Shown here in pieces: positions 9,278 to 18,778 of a stretch of DNA of 61,100 nucleotides. A program made the position numbers and the translations under genes. The stretch covers positions 1 through 61,100 of the forward strand of contig DAONZU010000001.1 in the NCBI GenBank assembly GCA_035406965.1, in the 5' to 3' direction. Below the pieces are notes generated by a model. It saw only the letters and a list, made by a program, of their open reading frames with translations. It was not told the origin of the DNA and searched no databases. Every line of letters begins with the position of its first letter. The first letter of the stretch is position 1. The DNA comes from Bacteroidales bacterium. GTDB lineage: Bacteria; Bacteroidota; Bacteroidia; Bacteroidales; ML635J-15.

Positions 9278-11728
9278 ATGGACGAAAATAAAACATCTAT
9301 ATTTAACCAACAGTTCGACACAAGAACATTTTTAATTATAGTTAAAAAAAACATTTTGGTAGTTATTCTATTGATTTTAATGTCATTAGGAGCTGGTTTT
9401 GCATATCATAGGTATTCAACCCCAAGATTCAAGACATCAACAATTATTCAAGTAAAAAATGAAAACCAAACAAATAAAATTTTAGGTATCTCCTCTAATT
9501 TAATGGACAAAGACCTAGCACCAGTAATAGAACTAATACGCTCCAACGAATTTTTAAAAACCGTAATTGAGGTACTTCCACTTGATATCAGTTATTATAG
9601 AAAAGGAACATTTTTATCAACAGAACTATATGGCTCAACACCTTTTGAAATTAAATATAATATTACAAACACTGCAATATTTGACCAAATTATTGATTTA
9701 GAGTTTAAAGATTATAAATGCCTGATTACCTACACTATAGGAGATGAAAAATATGAATATACTATCCATCCAGAAGAATGGCAAACTATTTATGGAATGG
9801 AAATTTATGTACATTTTCCATCAAAAAAAGATTTAGAACAAGAACTTAGCCCACAAAACAAATCTCAATATTTTTTCACTATAAACAATCCCGGCACAAT
9901 ACTAAAAAATTTATCGAAACGACTTAATGTTCAAACTCTTAGTGAAACTGCTGGAACTATTAAAGTAACTTACTATGACTTTAATGCTAGAAAATCAGCT
10001 GAAATTACCAATACAATAGCCGAAAAATTTATTGAATTTGATGAAATCAAAAAGAAAGAATCTGCAACCAATATTATAAAATACATTGACCAACAAATGG
10101 AAAATGTATTTACCCAACTTAATGCTACAGAAAAAGATTTACATAACTTTAGAGAACAAAATAATATTTTAAACATAAATGATGAGTATCTTTTTAATAA
10201 AACAAATATTTATTCATCACAAATGTCCGACATAGAATCTAAACTTTTGAATGTTGACTTCGAGATTATGACTTTAGAAAAAATGTTGGACAAATTAAAG
10301 TCAAATCCAGATATTAATACTTATGAGCTTTTGGCGATGCTTTCAGGACAAAAATCTGAAGCATTTTTATCTGCAATGATCAAATCTTTGCAAGAATTAT
10401 TAAATAAAAAAGAAATTCTTTTATTTGACCTAACATCTAATAGCCACAAAATTCAAACTTTAGACGAACAAATTAAATCTAAAAAAGAAACAATCATTGA
10501 TTTTACTAACTCAACAATAAAACGTCTAAATACAGAAAAAATTGAACTTGAGAAAAAAAATAAAGAAATAGAAAAAGTTGCTTTCAAAGAGACTAAATAT
10601 GACGAAATTGAATATGCACGTTTACAAAGGCTATATGCTATTAACGAAGATTTTTACGCACAACTAATTAAATCAAAAGCAGAAACACTAATATCACAAG
10701 CTGGCTATGTTTCAAATAATATAATTTTAGAAAAAGCAAATATCCCTTCATCGCCTGATTTTCCTATCTTTTCAACAATAATGACAATTGCTTTTTTGAT
10801 TTCTTTAGTTTTATCTTTTCTATATTTAGCAATTAGGTATTTACTTTTTAATAAAATTATATCAATTGATGATATAACAAATCGCACAAACATCCCTGTA
10901 GTTGGTGGAATTTCTTTAAATAAAACAAACTTTGAAGTTTCCCAAATGATAGTTCATTTACGCCCAAAATCAATGCTAAGTGAAGCTTTTAGAAACATAA
11001 GAACTAACTTAGAATTTTATCCCATCAAAGACAAAACAAGAATAATAACAATATCATCAACCATTGCAGGAGAAGGAAAAACATTTTTAGCACTAAATAT
11101 AGGAGCTATTTATGCAATGTCGGAAAAAAAAGTTCTTATTATAGACTTAGATTTAAGGAGACCAAGAATTCACGAATGTTTTGAGGTTGATAATTTAAAA
11201 GGAGTTACAAATATTCTTCTTGGCAAAAACAACTTTCAAGAATGTATTACAAACAGCTCTTTGGAAGGTTTAGATTTTGTTACGTCAGGACCTCTGCCAC
11301 CGAACCCAGGCGAATTTATTCTTACTAACAAATTAAATGAACTAATTGAGCAGGCAAAACAATCTTATGATATTATTATTCTTGACACTCCTCCTATTGG
11401 AATAGTTAATGATGCACTTACTTCATTTCGCTTAGCTGATAACCAACTTTATGTTATGAGAGCTGGATATAGTCCAAGATCTTTTGTAAATAATTTAAAC
11501 TACTTCTCAAAATCAAGTCAATTAAAAAACTTAGCTGTAGTGCTTAATGGTATAGAAAAAAGTATTGCAAGCTACGGATATGGATATAAAGCAGGTTACG
11601 GTTATACCAAAAGAACAGCTTACTATGGAATTAACTATTTTAGCCACACGCACAATTCATACTATGGCGAAGATGATGTAGCTAAACCCAAATTTTTTAA
11701 TAAGTTTAGAAAAAAAACTAAAAAATGA
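9278..11728 (+). CDS. wzc: Polysaccharide co-polymerase / tyrosine autokinase (Wzc/GumC-like)
   Basis: Wzz-type N-terminal TM, long coiled-coil periplasmic region, second TM. Then the P-loop kinase ISSTIAGEGKTFLALNIG, IIDLDLRRP, IIILDTPP. Ends with a C-terminal Tyr cluster SYGYGYKAGYGYTKRTAYYGINYF..SYYG. Confidence 0.9.
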   Translation: MDENKTSIFNQQFDTRTFLIIVKKNILVVILLILMSLGAGFAYHRYSTPRFKTSTIIQVKNENQTNKILGISSNLMDKDLAPVIELIRSNEFLKTVIEVLPLDISYYRKGTFLSTELYGSTPFEIKYNITNTAIFDQIIDLEFKDYKCLITYTIGDEKYEYTIHPEEWQTIYGMEIYVHFPSKKDLEQELSPQNKSQYFFTINNPGTILKNLSKRLNVQTLSETAGTIKVTYYDFNARKSAEITNTIAEKFIEFDEIKKKESATNIIKYIDQQMENVFTQLNATEKDLHNFREQNNILNINDEYLFNKTNIYSSQMSDIESKLLNVDFEIMTLEKMLDKLKSNPDINTYELLAMLSGQKSEAFLSAMIKSLQELLNKKEILLFDLTSNSHKIQTLDEQIKSKKETIIDFTNSTIKRLNTEKIELEKKNKEIEKVAFKETKYDEIEYARLQRLYAINEDFYAQLIKSKAETLISQAGYVSNNIILEKANIPSSPDFPIFSTIMTIAFLISLVLSFLYLAIRYLLFNKIISIDDITNRTNIPVVGGISLNKTNFEVSQMIVHLRPKSMLSEAFRNIRTNLEFYPIKDKTRIITISSTIAGEGKTFLALNIGAIYAMSEKKVLIIDLDLRRPRIHECFEVDNLKGVTNILLGKNNFQECITNSSLEGLDFVTSGPLPPNPGEFILTNKLNELIEQAKQSYDIIILDTPPIGIVNDALTSFRLADNQLYVMRAGYSPRSFVNNLNYFSKSSQLKNLAVVLNGIEKSIASYGYGYKAGYGYTKRTAYYGINYFSHTHNSYYGEDDVAKPKFFNKFRKKTKK

Positions 11729-12786
11729 ATTATATTATATTAATAACATTTATAATCTCTTTTCTTTTTAGTCTTTATTTAAATAATTTTTTAATTAAAA
11801 GACCTCTAAAATTTTTAGTAAAAAAATCTAACAAATCTGCTATAAGATTTAGTTCACAATCAAAACCAATATTTGGTGGATTAAGTTTTTATTTTGTTTT
11901 TTTACTAACCATGATAATAGTTTTCTTCTTTTTAAAAGAAAACATATATTTTTCAAAAGAATATATTAGTCTTTTTATAATTGTAACTTTATCATTTTTA
12001 ATGGGCTTAGCCGATGATATTTTAAATACATCACCAGTATTCAAATTTATAATTCAAATTATATGTGCTTTAATATTAATTTATAATGGAATTTATATCA
12101 TAATAAGTCCAATGGATTGGATAAACTATCTTATAACCATATTTTGGGTAGTCGGAATAATGAACTCTATCAACATGTTGGATAATATGGATGGAGTATC
12201 GTCAGCATCAAGTCTTTCAATATTCATAGCAGTTGCAATCTACCTTATAACCACTGATGTTGGAGATTCACAACTTAGTTTAATTATATTGGTTTCTACA
12301 ATTGCATCTTTGCTTGGCTTTTTATTTTATAATTGGCATCCTTCAAAAATGTATATGGGAGATAATGGATCTCAATTTTTAGGAATATTATTAGCATGGG
12401 TAGGAATAAAATTTTTCTGGAATGCTATCCCTATAACTGAATTTTCATATGGATTTAACACAATGCAATTTTTAATTGTTTTTTTAGCATTTTTAGTACT
12501 AATAACTGATACTACAACAGTAACTATAAATAGATTATTAAGAAAAAAATCCCCTTTTATAGGTGGCAAAGATCATACAACACATCATTTATATTATTTA
12601 GGTCTGCCAACAAGCATAATAGCTCTTGTATTTTTTGTTTTAAACTCTATAGGCTTAGCATTAGCTTTTTGTCTTATACAAAAAAGTTCTACTATTGCAT
12701 ATTCGCAACTTTGGCTCTTTTTCTTATACCCTATCATTGTGTTTTTATTATTATACATAAACACTAAACTAAGCAAAGAAAAATAA
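11725..12786 (+). CDS. Glycosyltransferase family 4 (MraY/WecA-like undecaprenyl-phosphate sugar-1-phosphate transferase)
   Basis: Polytopic membrane protein with the NMLDNMDG and MGDNGSQFLG motifs. ATGA overlap with the wzc stop. Confidence 0.85.
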   Translation: MNYIILITFIISFLFSLYLNNFLIKRPLKFLVKKSNKSAIRFSSQSKPIFGGLSFYFVFLLTMIIVFFFLKENIYFSKEYISLFIIVTLSFLMGLADDILNTSPVFKFIIQIICALILIYNGIYIIISPMDWINYLITIFWVVGIMNSINMLDNMDGVSSASSLSIFIAVAIYLITTDVGDSQLSLIILVSTIASLLGFLFYNWHPSKMYMGDNGSQFLGILLAWVGIKFFWNAIPITEFSYGFNTMQFLIVFLAFLVLITDTTTVTINRLLRKKSPFIGGKDHTTHHLYYLGLPTSIIALVFFVLNSIGLALAFCLIQKSSTIAYSQLWLFFLYPIIVFLLLYINTKLSKEK

Positions 12787-12797
12787 CAATAAAGAAT

Positions 12798-13775
12798 ATG
12801 GATAAAAAAAAACTTATGAAAATACCTTTTTTCGTAATATTAGGACTTGGCTTAGGTCTTATTATTGCTAATAGTTTTATTTTTTCAAGCTCTGAAAATG
12901 TAAATCAAAGTAAAGAAATAGAAAATGAACAAACTACAATACCATATAAAGTTTTTCAACCATATATTCCTGACACTTTAAGTTTTTGTGGCGAAAAAGT
13001 TCCCCTGCAAAATTTTGACGTTTACGAAGCCTTAGATTACGAACTTATTGTAAATACTTATAGACATTCATCTACCTTGATTTATTTAAAACGAGCAAAT
13101 CGTTATTTTCCTGAGATTGAAAAAATATTAAAAGAAAAAGGCATTCCTGATGATATGAAATATTTATGCGTTGCCGAAAGTGGCTTAGCAAATGTTGTTA
13201 GTCCAGCTGGTGCAACAGGTTTTTGGCAATTTATGAAAACAACAGCGGGAGAATATAATATGCTCGTTGGAAGAGGTATAGATGAAAGATATAATCACAC
13301 AAAATCTGCAATTGCAGCAACAGAATATTTACACAAAGCATATAAAGTTTTTAAAAGTTGGACATTGGCAGCAGCTTCATACAATATGGGTATGGGTGGC
13401 TTACAAAAAGATATTGATTATCAAAAAGTTAATAGTTATTGGGACTTGCATTTGAATCAAGAAACTGCTAGATATGTATATAGAATTTTAGCATTAAAAT
13501 TAATAATGTCTAACCCTAAACTTTATGGTTTTGATATTGATGAAAAATATCTCTATAAAGAAATTAAAACTCAAGAAATTGTTGTTGATACTACCATTTC
13601 TGATTTAGTGGAATTTGCTTTTGAACACGGCACAAACTACAAAATGCTTAAATATTTCAATCCTTGGCTAACTGGAAAATCATTAATTAACCCAAACAAA
13701 AAGGAATACAAAATTGTTTTACCTGCAAAGAACGCACGTGAATGTATGAAACAAAGTAAAAACAATGATGAATAA
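12798..13775 (+). CDS. Lytic transglycosylase domain protein (SLT / MltD-like)
   Basis: LCVAESGL catalytic Glu motif, AGATGFWQFM, AASYNMG. Confidence 0.85.
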   Translation: MDKKKLMKIPFFVILGLGLGLIIANSFIFSSSENVNQSKEIENEQTTIPYKVFQPYIPDTLSFCGEKVPLQNFDVYEALDYELIVNTYRHSSTLIYLKRANRYFPEIEKILKEKGIPDDMKYLCVAESGLANVVSPAGATGFWQFMKTTAGEYNMLVGRGIDERYNHTKSAIAATEYLHKAYKVFKSWTLAAASYNMGMGGLQKDIDYQKVNSYWDLHLNQETARYVYRILALKLIMSNPKLYGFDIDEKYLYKEIKTQEIVVDTTISDLVEFAFEHGTNYKMLKYFNPWLTGKSLINPNKKEYKIVLPAKNARECMKQSKNNDE

Positions 13776-16593
13776 GAAAGAGAATTTTATTTCGGTTGAA
13801 GGAGCAAGAACAAATAATTTAAAAAATTTAAGCCTAGATATTCCACAACATCAACTATCAGTTATTACAGGCTTGAGCGGAAGCGGAAAATCTTCATTAG
13901 CTTTCGATACAATTTATGCCGAAGGACAACGCAGATATATGGAAACTTTTTCTGCTTATGCCAGAAGTTTCATTGGTAGCATGGAACGTCCAGATGTTGA
14001 CAGCATAACAGGACTTAGTCCGGTAATTGCTATAGAGCAAAAATCAACAATAAAAAACCCACGATCTACTGTCGGCACAATTACAGGAATATATGATTAC
14101 CTACGTCTGCTTTATGCTAGAGCCTCAACAGCATACTCGCACGTTACAGGCGAAAAAATGATTAAATACAGCGATGAACAAATCATAAATATTATTTTAA
14201 AAGATTTTAAAGACAAAGCTGTTTATATACTCGCACCTATTGTTGATGGAAGAAAAGGACACTATAAAGAAACTTTTGAAAGCCTAAGAAAAAAAGGTTT
14301 TCTAAACGCTAGAATTGACGGAGAAATTAGAGAAATTACTTATAATTTAAGACTTGACAGATATAAAACTCACTTTGTTGAATTGGTAATTGATAAATTA
14401 ATTATTAAAAATCAAGATAGAAATCGACTAAAAAAAACTATAGACTTAGCAATGAGTTTAGGCAAAAATATAATTATGGTTTTAGAAAAAGAAAGCGACA
14501 AACCTCGTTTTTTTAGTCGATTTTTAATGTGTCCTACAAGTGGAATTTCGTACAGAGAACCTGCTCCTTATACTTTTTCTTTCAACTCGCCACAAGGTGC
14601 TTGCCCAAAATGTAACGGACTTGGAGTAATTGCCGATATTGATATAAATAAAATTATACCAGACCCATCGCTTTCAATTTACAATGGCGGAATAAGCATT
14701 CTAGGAAAATATAAAAATAGTTTACCTTTTTGGATTCTAGAAGCCCTTGCCGACAAACTAAATTTTTCACTCAAAACACCTATAGATGAACTTAACGAAC
14801 AAGCAATTGATGCAGTTTTATTTGGCTATCCCGAAAGTTTACAATTAAAAAACACACCGCTGGGTCTAACTTCAAACTACTCTATAAGCTTTGACGGTAT
14901 TGTAAATCAAATTAAAGCCAAACAAGAAGACGAAGAAAAAAATCCATACTCAAATAAATCTTCATTTAGATTCAATAAGTTTATAACTTGTCCAAAATGT
15001 AATGGAACTAGACTGCAATCTGAAGCATTACAATTTAAAATTGCAGAAAAAAACATTGCCGAACTTGCAGAAATGGACATGTTAAACCTCAGTAAATTCC
15101 TAGATACTGTTTTAGACAAATTAGACAATAAAGAAAGATTAATTGCAACAGAAGTAATTAAAGAATTAAGTAGTAGAGTTAGCTTTTTACTTGATGTTGG
15201 CTTAGATTATTTATCTCTAAACCGTTCGGCAAACAGTTTGTCGGGAGGAGAATCTCAAAGGATTAGATTAGCAACTCAAATAGGAAGTCGTTTAGTAAAT
15301 GTTTTATATATTTTAGACGAACCAAGTATTGGCTTGCACCAACGCGATAATAAAAGACTAATAAATTCACTCAAACAACTCAGAGATAGAGGCAATTCCA
15401 TAATAGTTGTGGAACACGATAAAGAAATGATTACTGAAGCTGATTTTGTTGCAGACATCGGTCCTGGCGCTGGACGCAAAGGTGGACATTTAGTCTTTGC
15501 AGGAAAACCAAGCGACATGCTAAAATCAGATTCTCTTACTTCTCAATATATAAATGGAAAACTTAAAATCGAATTGCCTAAATCTAGAAGAGAAATTTCT
15601 GATAAAAAAATAATAATTCGTGGTGCTAAAGGTCATAATCTCAAAAATATTGATCTTGAAATCCCGCTTGGCGTAATGATTTGCATGACAGGCGTTTCGG
15701 GGAGTGGAAAATCAAGTATTTTAAACAAAACCCTTGTCCCTGCACTTTCGCGACATTTTTATAACTCAAACGCATTTCCATTAGACTACGACAAAATAGA
15801 AGGAATTGAAAACATAGATAAATTTATCGAAGTTGACCAATCGCCTATTGGAAGAACACCACGCTCAAACCCTGCAACATACACAGGACTGTTTACAGAT
15901 ATTCGTGAACTATTTGCAAGTTTGCCAGAAGCAAAAATCCGAGCTTACAAAGCAGGTAGATTTTCATTTAATATTAAAGGTGGCAGATGCGAAACTTGCA
16001 AAGGTGCTGGTGTAAAAACCATAGAAATGAATTTTCTACCCGATGTTTATGTACAATGCGAAACCTGTCGTGGCAAAAGATATAATAGAGAAACTTTAGA
16101 AGTAAAGTTTAAAGGAAAATCTATTTCTGATGTGCTTGAACTAACAATAAATGCAGCTGTTGAATTTTTTGAAAACATTCCACATATTTATAAAAAACTA
16201 ATTGTACTACAACAAGTTGGCTTGGGATATATTAATTTAGGACAATCAAGCACTACTCTCTCAGGTGGAGAAGCACAAAGAGTAAAACTTGCAACAGAAC
16301 TGATGAAACGAGAAACAGGCAATACTCTTTATATTTTAGACGAGCCTACAACAGGTTTGCATTTTGAAGATATAAAAGTGCTTCTTAAAGTTTTAAACTC
16401 TTTAGTTGACAGAGGCAATAGCATGATAATAATCGAACATAATTTAGATATAATTAAATCTGCCGACTGGATTATAGATATGGGACCAGAAGGTGGCGAA
16501 AGAGGCGGGACTGTTGTTGCTCAAGGAAAACCTGAAGATATTATCAAAAATAAAAATAGCTATACAGCTAAATATTTGAAAGATGAGTTGTAG
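13765..16593 (+). CDS. uvrA: Excinuclease ABC subunit A
   Basis: 942 aa. GARTNNLKN, two GLSGSGKSS/GVSGSGKSS Walker A sites, LSGGE(S/A)QR signatures, CPKCNG and CETCKGAG zinc modules. Confidence 0.97.
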   Translation: MMNKKENFISVEGARTNNLKNLSLDIPQHQLSVITGLSGSGKSSLAFDTIYAEGQRRYMETFSAYARSFIGSMERPDVDSITGLSPVIAIEQKSTIKNPRSTVGTITGIYDYLRLLYARASTAYSHVTGEKMIKYSDEQIINIILKDFKDKAVYILAPIVDGRKGHYKETFESLRKKGFLNARIDGEIREITYNLRLDRYKTHFVELVIDKLIIKNQDRNRLKKTIDLAMSLGKNIIMVLEKESDKPRFFSRFLMCPTSGISYREPAPYTFSFNSPQGACPKCNGLGVIADIDINKIIPDPSLSIYNGGISILGKYKNSLPFWILEALADKLNFSLKTPIDELNEQAIDAVLFGYPESLQLKNTPLGLTSNYSISFDGIVNQIKAKQEDEEKNPYSNKSSFRFNKFITCPKCNGTRLQSEALQFKIAEKNIAELAEMDMLNLSKFLDTVLDKLDNKERLIATEVIKELSSRVSFLLDVGLDYLSLNRSANSLSGGESQRIRLATQIGSRLVNVLYILDEPSIGLHQRDNKRLINSLKQLRDRGNSIIVVEHDKEMITEADFVADIGPGAGRKGGHLVFAGKPSDMLKSDSLTSQYINGKLKIELPKSRREISDKKIIIRGAKGHNLKNIDLEIPLGVMICMTGVSGSGKSSILNKTLVPALSRHFYNSNAFPLDYDKIEGIENIDKFIEVDQSPIGRTPRSNPATYTGLFTDIRELFASLPEAKIRAYKAGRFSFNIKGGRCETCKGAGVKTIEMNFLPDVYVQCETCRGKRYNRETLEVKFKGKSISDVLELTINAAVEFFENIPHIYKKLIVLQQVGLGYINLGQSSTTLSGGEAQRVKLATELMKRETGNTLYILDEPTTGLHFEDIKVLLKVLNSLVDRGNSMIIIEHNLDIIKSADWIIDMGPEGGERGGTVVAQGKPEDIIKNKNSYTAKYLKDEL

Positions 16594-16640
16594 TCAAGTT
16601 TAATTTCAACAAAATTGATACTTTCAAACAAAAAAATTAG

Positions 16641-16648
16641 TATATTTG
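16641..16648 (+). promoter_or_regulatory. Candidate -7 box TATATTTG upstream of the methyltransferase gene
   Basis: Matches TAnnTTTG and ends 31 nt before the ATG at 16680. A TTG at 16615-16617 is a weak -33 candidate. Confidence 0.35.
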
Positions 16649-16679
16649 TAGTCTATATTTTAATTTACAGAGTGTAAAA

Positions 16680-17981
16680 ATGATAAATAAAACTATTCAT
16701 ACAATTATCAATGGAGATAGCAGGCAAATGAGTGAACTTAATGACGAGAGCGTTCATTTGATTGTTACTTCTCCACCATATTGGCAACTAAAAGATTATG
16801 GAACAGATAATCAAATAGGATTTCATGATGATTATGAAACTTACATAAACCACTTGAACCTCACTTGGGCTGAATGTTTTAGAGTCTTACATAAAGGATG
16901 TCGTTTATGTATAAATATAGGTGATCAATTTGCTCGTTCTACATACTATGGACGTTATAAAATAATACCAATTCACTCAGAAATTATCAAATTTTGTGAA
17001 ATGATAGGTTTCGACTTTATGGGACAAATCATATGGCAAAAACAAACAACAATGAACACATCAGGTGGAGCAAGCATAATGGGAAGTTATCCGCATCCAA
17101 GAAATGGAATTGTAAAATTAGATTTTGAATATATTTTATTATTTAAAAAACAAGGAAATGCTCCAAAACCAACAAAAGAACAAAAAGATAATTCTGCAAT
17201 GACAAATGAAGAATGGAAAACATATTTTAATGGTCATTGGTATTTTACTGGAGCTAAGCAAGACAAGCATTTAGCTATGTTTCCCGAAGAATTACCTCAT
17301 CGCTTAATCAAAATGTTTTCATTTCCAGAAGAAACCGTCTTAGACCCATTTATGGGAAGTGGCACAACGGCTCTAGCTGCAAGAAAATTAAATAGAAATT
17401 CTGTTGGTTATGAAATTAACCCCGATTTTATTTCAATTATAAAAGAAAAAATAGGTGGTGATGACGCTTTTATGAAAGTTGAAACTAAAATTATTAAACA
17501 ACAAGAAATTGAAATAGATTTTGCAGAAAAAATAAAAAAACTACCCTATCAATTTATTGACACACATAAGTTAGATAAAAAAGTTGATGTTAAAAAAATT
17601 CAATACGGCTCAAAAATCGATGCAAATAGTACAGGAAAACGAGAAGAGTATTTTTCTGTAAAAGAAATCATTACCCCTGAACTTATACGCCTGCATAACA
17701 ATCTGATTATCCGCTTAATAGGAATAAAACAAAATCCTAAAGCAAACGGAGAAGCAATTGAGTTTTTAACTGAAAAACTTCAAGGGAAAAAAGTATTTTT
17801 AAAATATGATAAAGTAAAACACGACAAAGAAAATAATTTAATGGTTTACCTATATCTTGAAAATAAAACTTTTATAAATGCACATTTATTAAAAGAAAAA
17901 TTAGCTATAGTGGATAATTCTATTGATTTTAAATATAAAACAAAATTTTCAAAATTATATAAAGAAGCGTATGGCAAATAA
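16680..17981 (+). CDS. Beta-class DNA methyltransferase (N4-cytosine/N6-adenine family, SPPY type) fused to a degenerate SNase-like C-terminal domain
   Basis: Motif IV LIVTSPPYW at aa 28-36 precedes motif I LDPFMGSGTT at aa 221-230. That order is the beta permutation of PF01555-type enzymes. Residues ~320-415 (nt ~17637-17924) align by eye to staphylococcal nuclease. Confidence 0.85.
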   Translation: MINKTIHTIINGDSRQMSELNDESVHLIVTSPPYWQLKDYGTDNQIGFHDDYETYINHLNLTWAECFRVLHKGCRLCINIGDQFARSTYYGRYKIIPIHSEIIKFCEMIGFDFMGQIIWQKQTTMNTSGGASIMGSYPHPRNGIVKLDFEYILLFKKQGNAPKPTKEQKDNSAMTNEEWKTYFNGHWYFTGAKQDKHLAMFPEELPHRLIKMFSFPEETVLDPFMGSGTTALAARKLNRNSVGYEINPDFISIIKEKIGGDDAFMKVETKIIKQQEIEIDFAEKIKKLPYQFIDTHKLDKKVDVKKIQYGSKIDANSTGKREEYFSVKEIITPELIRLHNNLIIRLIGIKQNPKANGEAIEFLTEKLQGKKVFLKYDKVKHDKENNLMVYLYLENKTFINAHLLKEKLAIVDNSIDFKYKTKFSKLYKEAYGK

Positions 17982-18057
17982 TTATTATTGGTTAGAACAA
18001 GAAAGAAAATAAATTACTTAGACTCTGTTCCTATAATTCTGAAAGATAAAAATAGCT

Positions 18058-18759
18058 ATGAAGAAAAAAGAAGTCAAAAGATACTCATTAGAATTTGGAA
18101 AGAAAGAAAAAGTGTTGAATTATGCTACTCAAACTTATCAACTTTCAAGACCAAATAAAGTTGGAGCTGTAATGGCTCTTATTAGAGAATGCCAGCCAAA
18201 CACTATTGAAGAATGGGAAAAATGGTACTTTGAGAATGCTAAAACAGCTGACAAAAATAATTTTAAAATTACTCGCGAAAGTTTAAAAGAACTTGGCGAA
18301 CGACTTTATGAGAAAATCACTGAAGTTGTTATTCCCGAATGGAAAGAAGCATTTAACGCATTAACTAAAGAAGATTGTTATAATTACATCTATAATTTAA
18401 CAATTAACCGAACTTATGATGGTTACTTGCGAGAAAAGTCAGTAGTAAATCATGGATTAGCAAAAGAATTTCCTGATGTGAGGTTTGAAGAAAGTCCACC
18501 CGAGCTAGACCACGCAGGAGATATAGATTATTTGGGATATGTAACTGCAAACAAAGCATTTGGCATACAAATAAAACCTATAACAGCTCAATCAAATTTT
18601 GGAAATTATTCTATTTCTGAAAGAATGAAAGCTAGCTTTGAAAATTTTAAAGATGATTTTGGAGGCAATGTATTTATTGTTTTCAGTTTAGATGGTGAAA
18701 TCGCTAACAAAGAAATAATTAAACAAATTAAAACAGAAATTGAAAGACTAAATAAATAA
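18058..18759 (+). CDS. Putative type II restriction endonuclease partner (PD-(D/E)xK-like); family not assignable by eye
   Basis: 233 aa, 76 nt downstream of the MTase on the same strand. Candidate nuclease signature GDIDYLG-x11-IQIKP (D155/D157 ... Q171-x-K173). No other recognisable domain. Confidence 0.45.
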   Translation: MKKKEVKRYSLEFGKKEKVLNYATQTYQLSRPNKVGAVMALIRECQPNTIEEWEKWYFENAKTADKNNFKITRESLKELGERLYEKITEVVIPEWKEAFNALTKEDCYNYIYNLTINRTYDGYLREKSVVNHGLAKEFPDVRFEESPPELDHAGDIDYLGYVTANKAFGIQIKPITAQSNFGNYSISERMKASFENFKDDFGGNVFIVFSLDGEIANKEIIKQIKTEIERLNK

Positions 18760-18778
18760 AAATTCCAAGTTTTAAAAC

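Noticed and set aside
16680-18759. Tried to infer the R-M recognition site from CTAG avoidance, on the guess that this is a CTAG-type (MjaI/MthZI-like) system
   Set aside because: CTAG is easy to find throughout the window (for example at 71-74, and in tactagaagc near 403), so there is no visible avoidance. Absence of avoidance would not be informative for a self-methylating host in any case. Specificity remains unknown.
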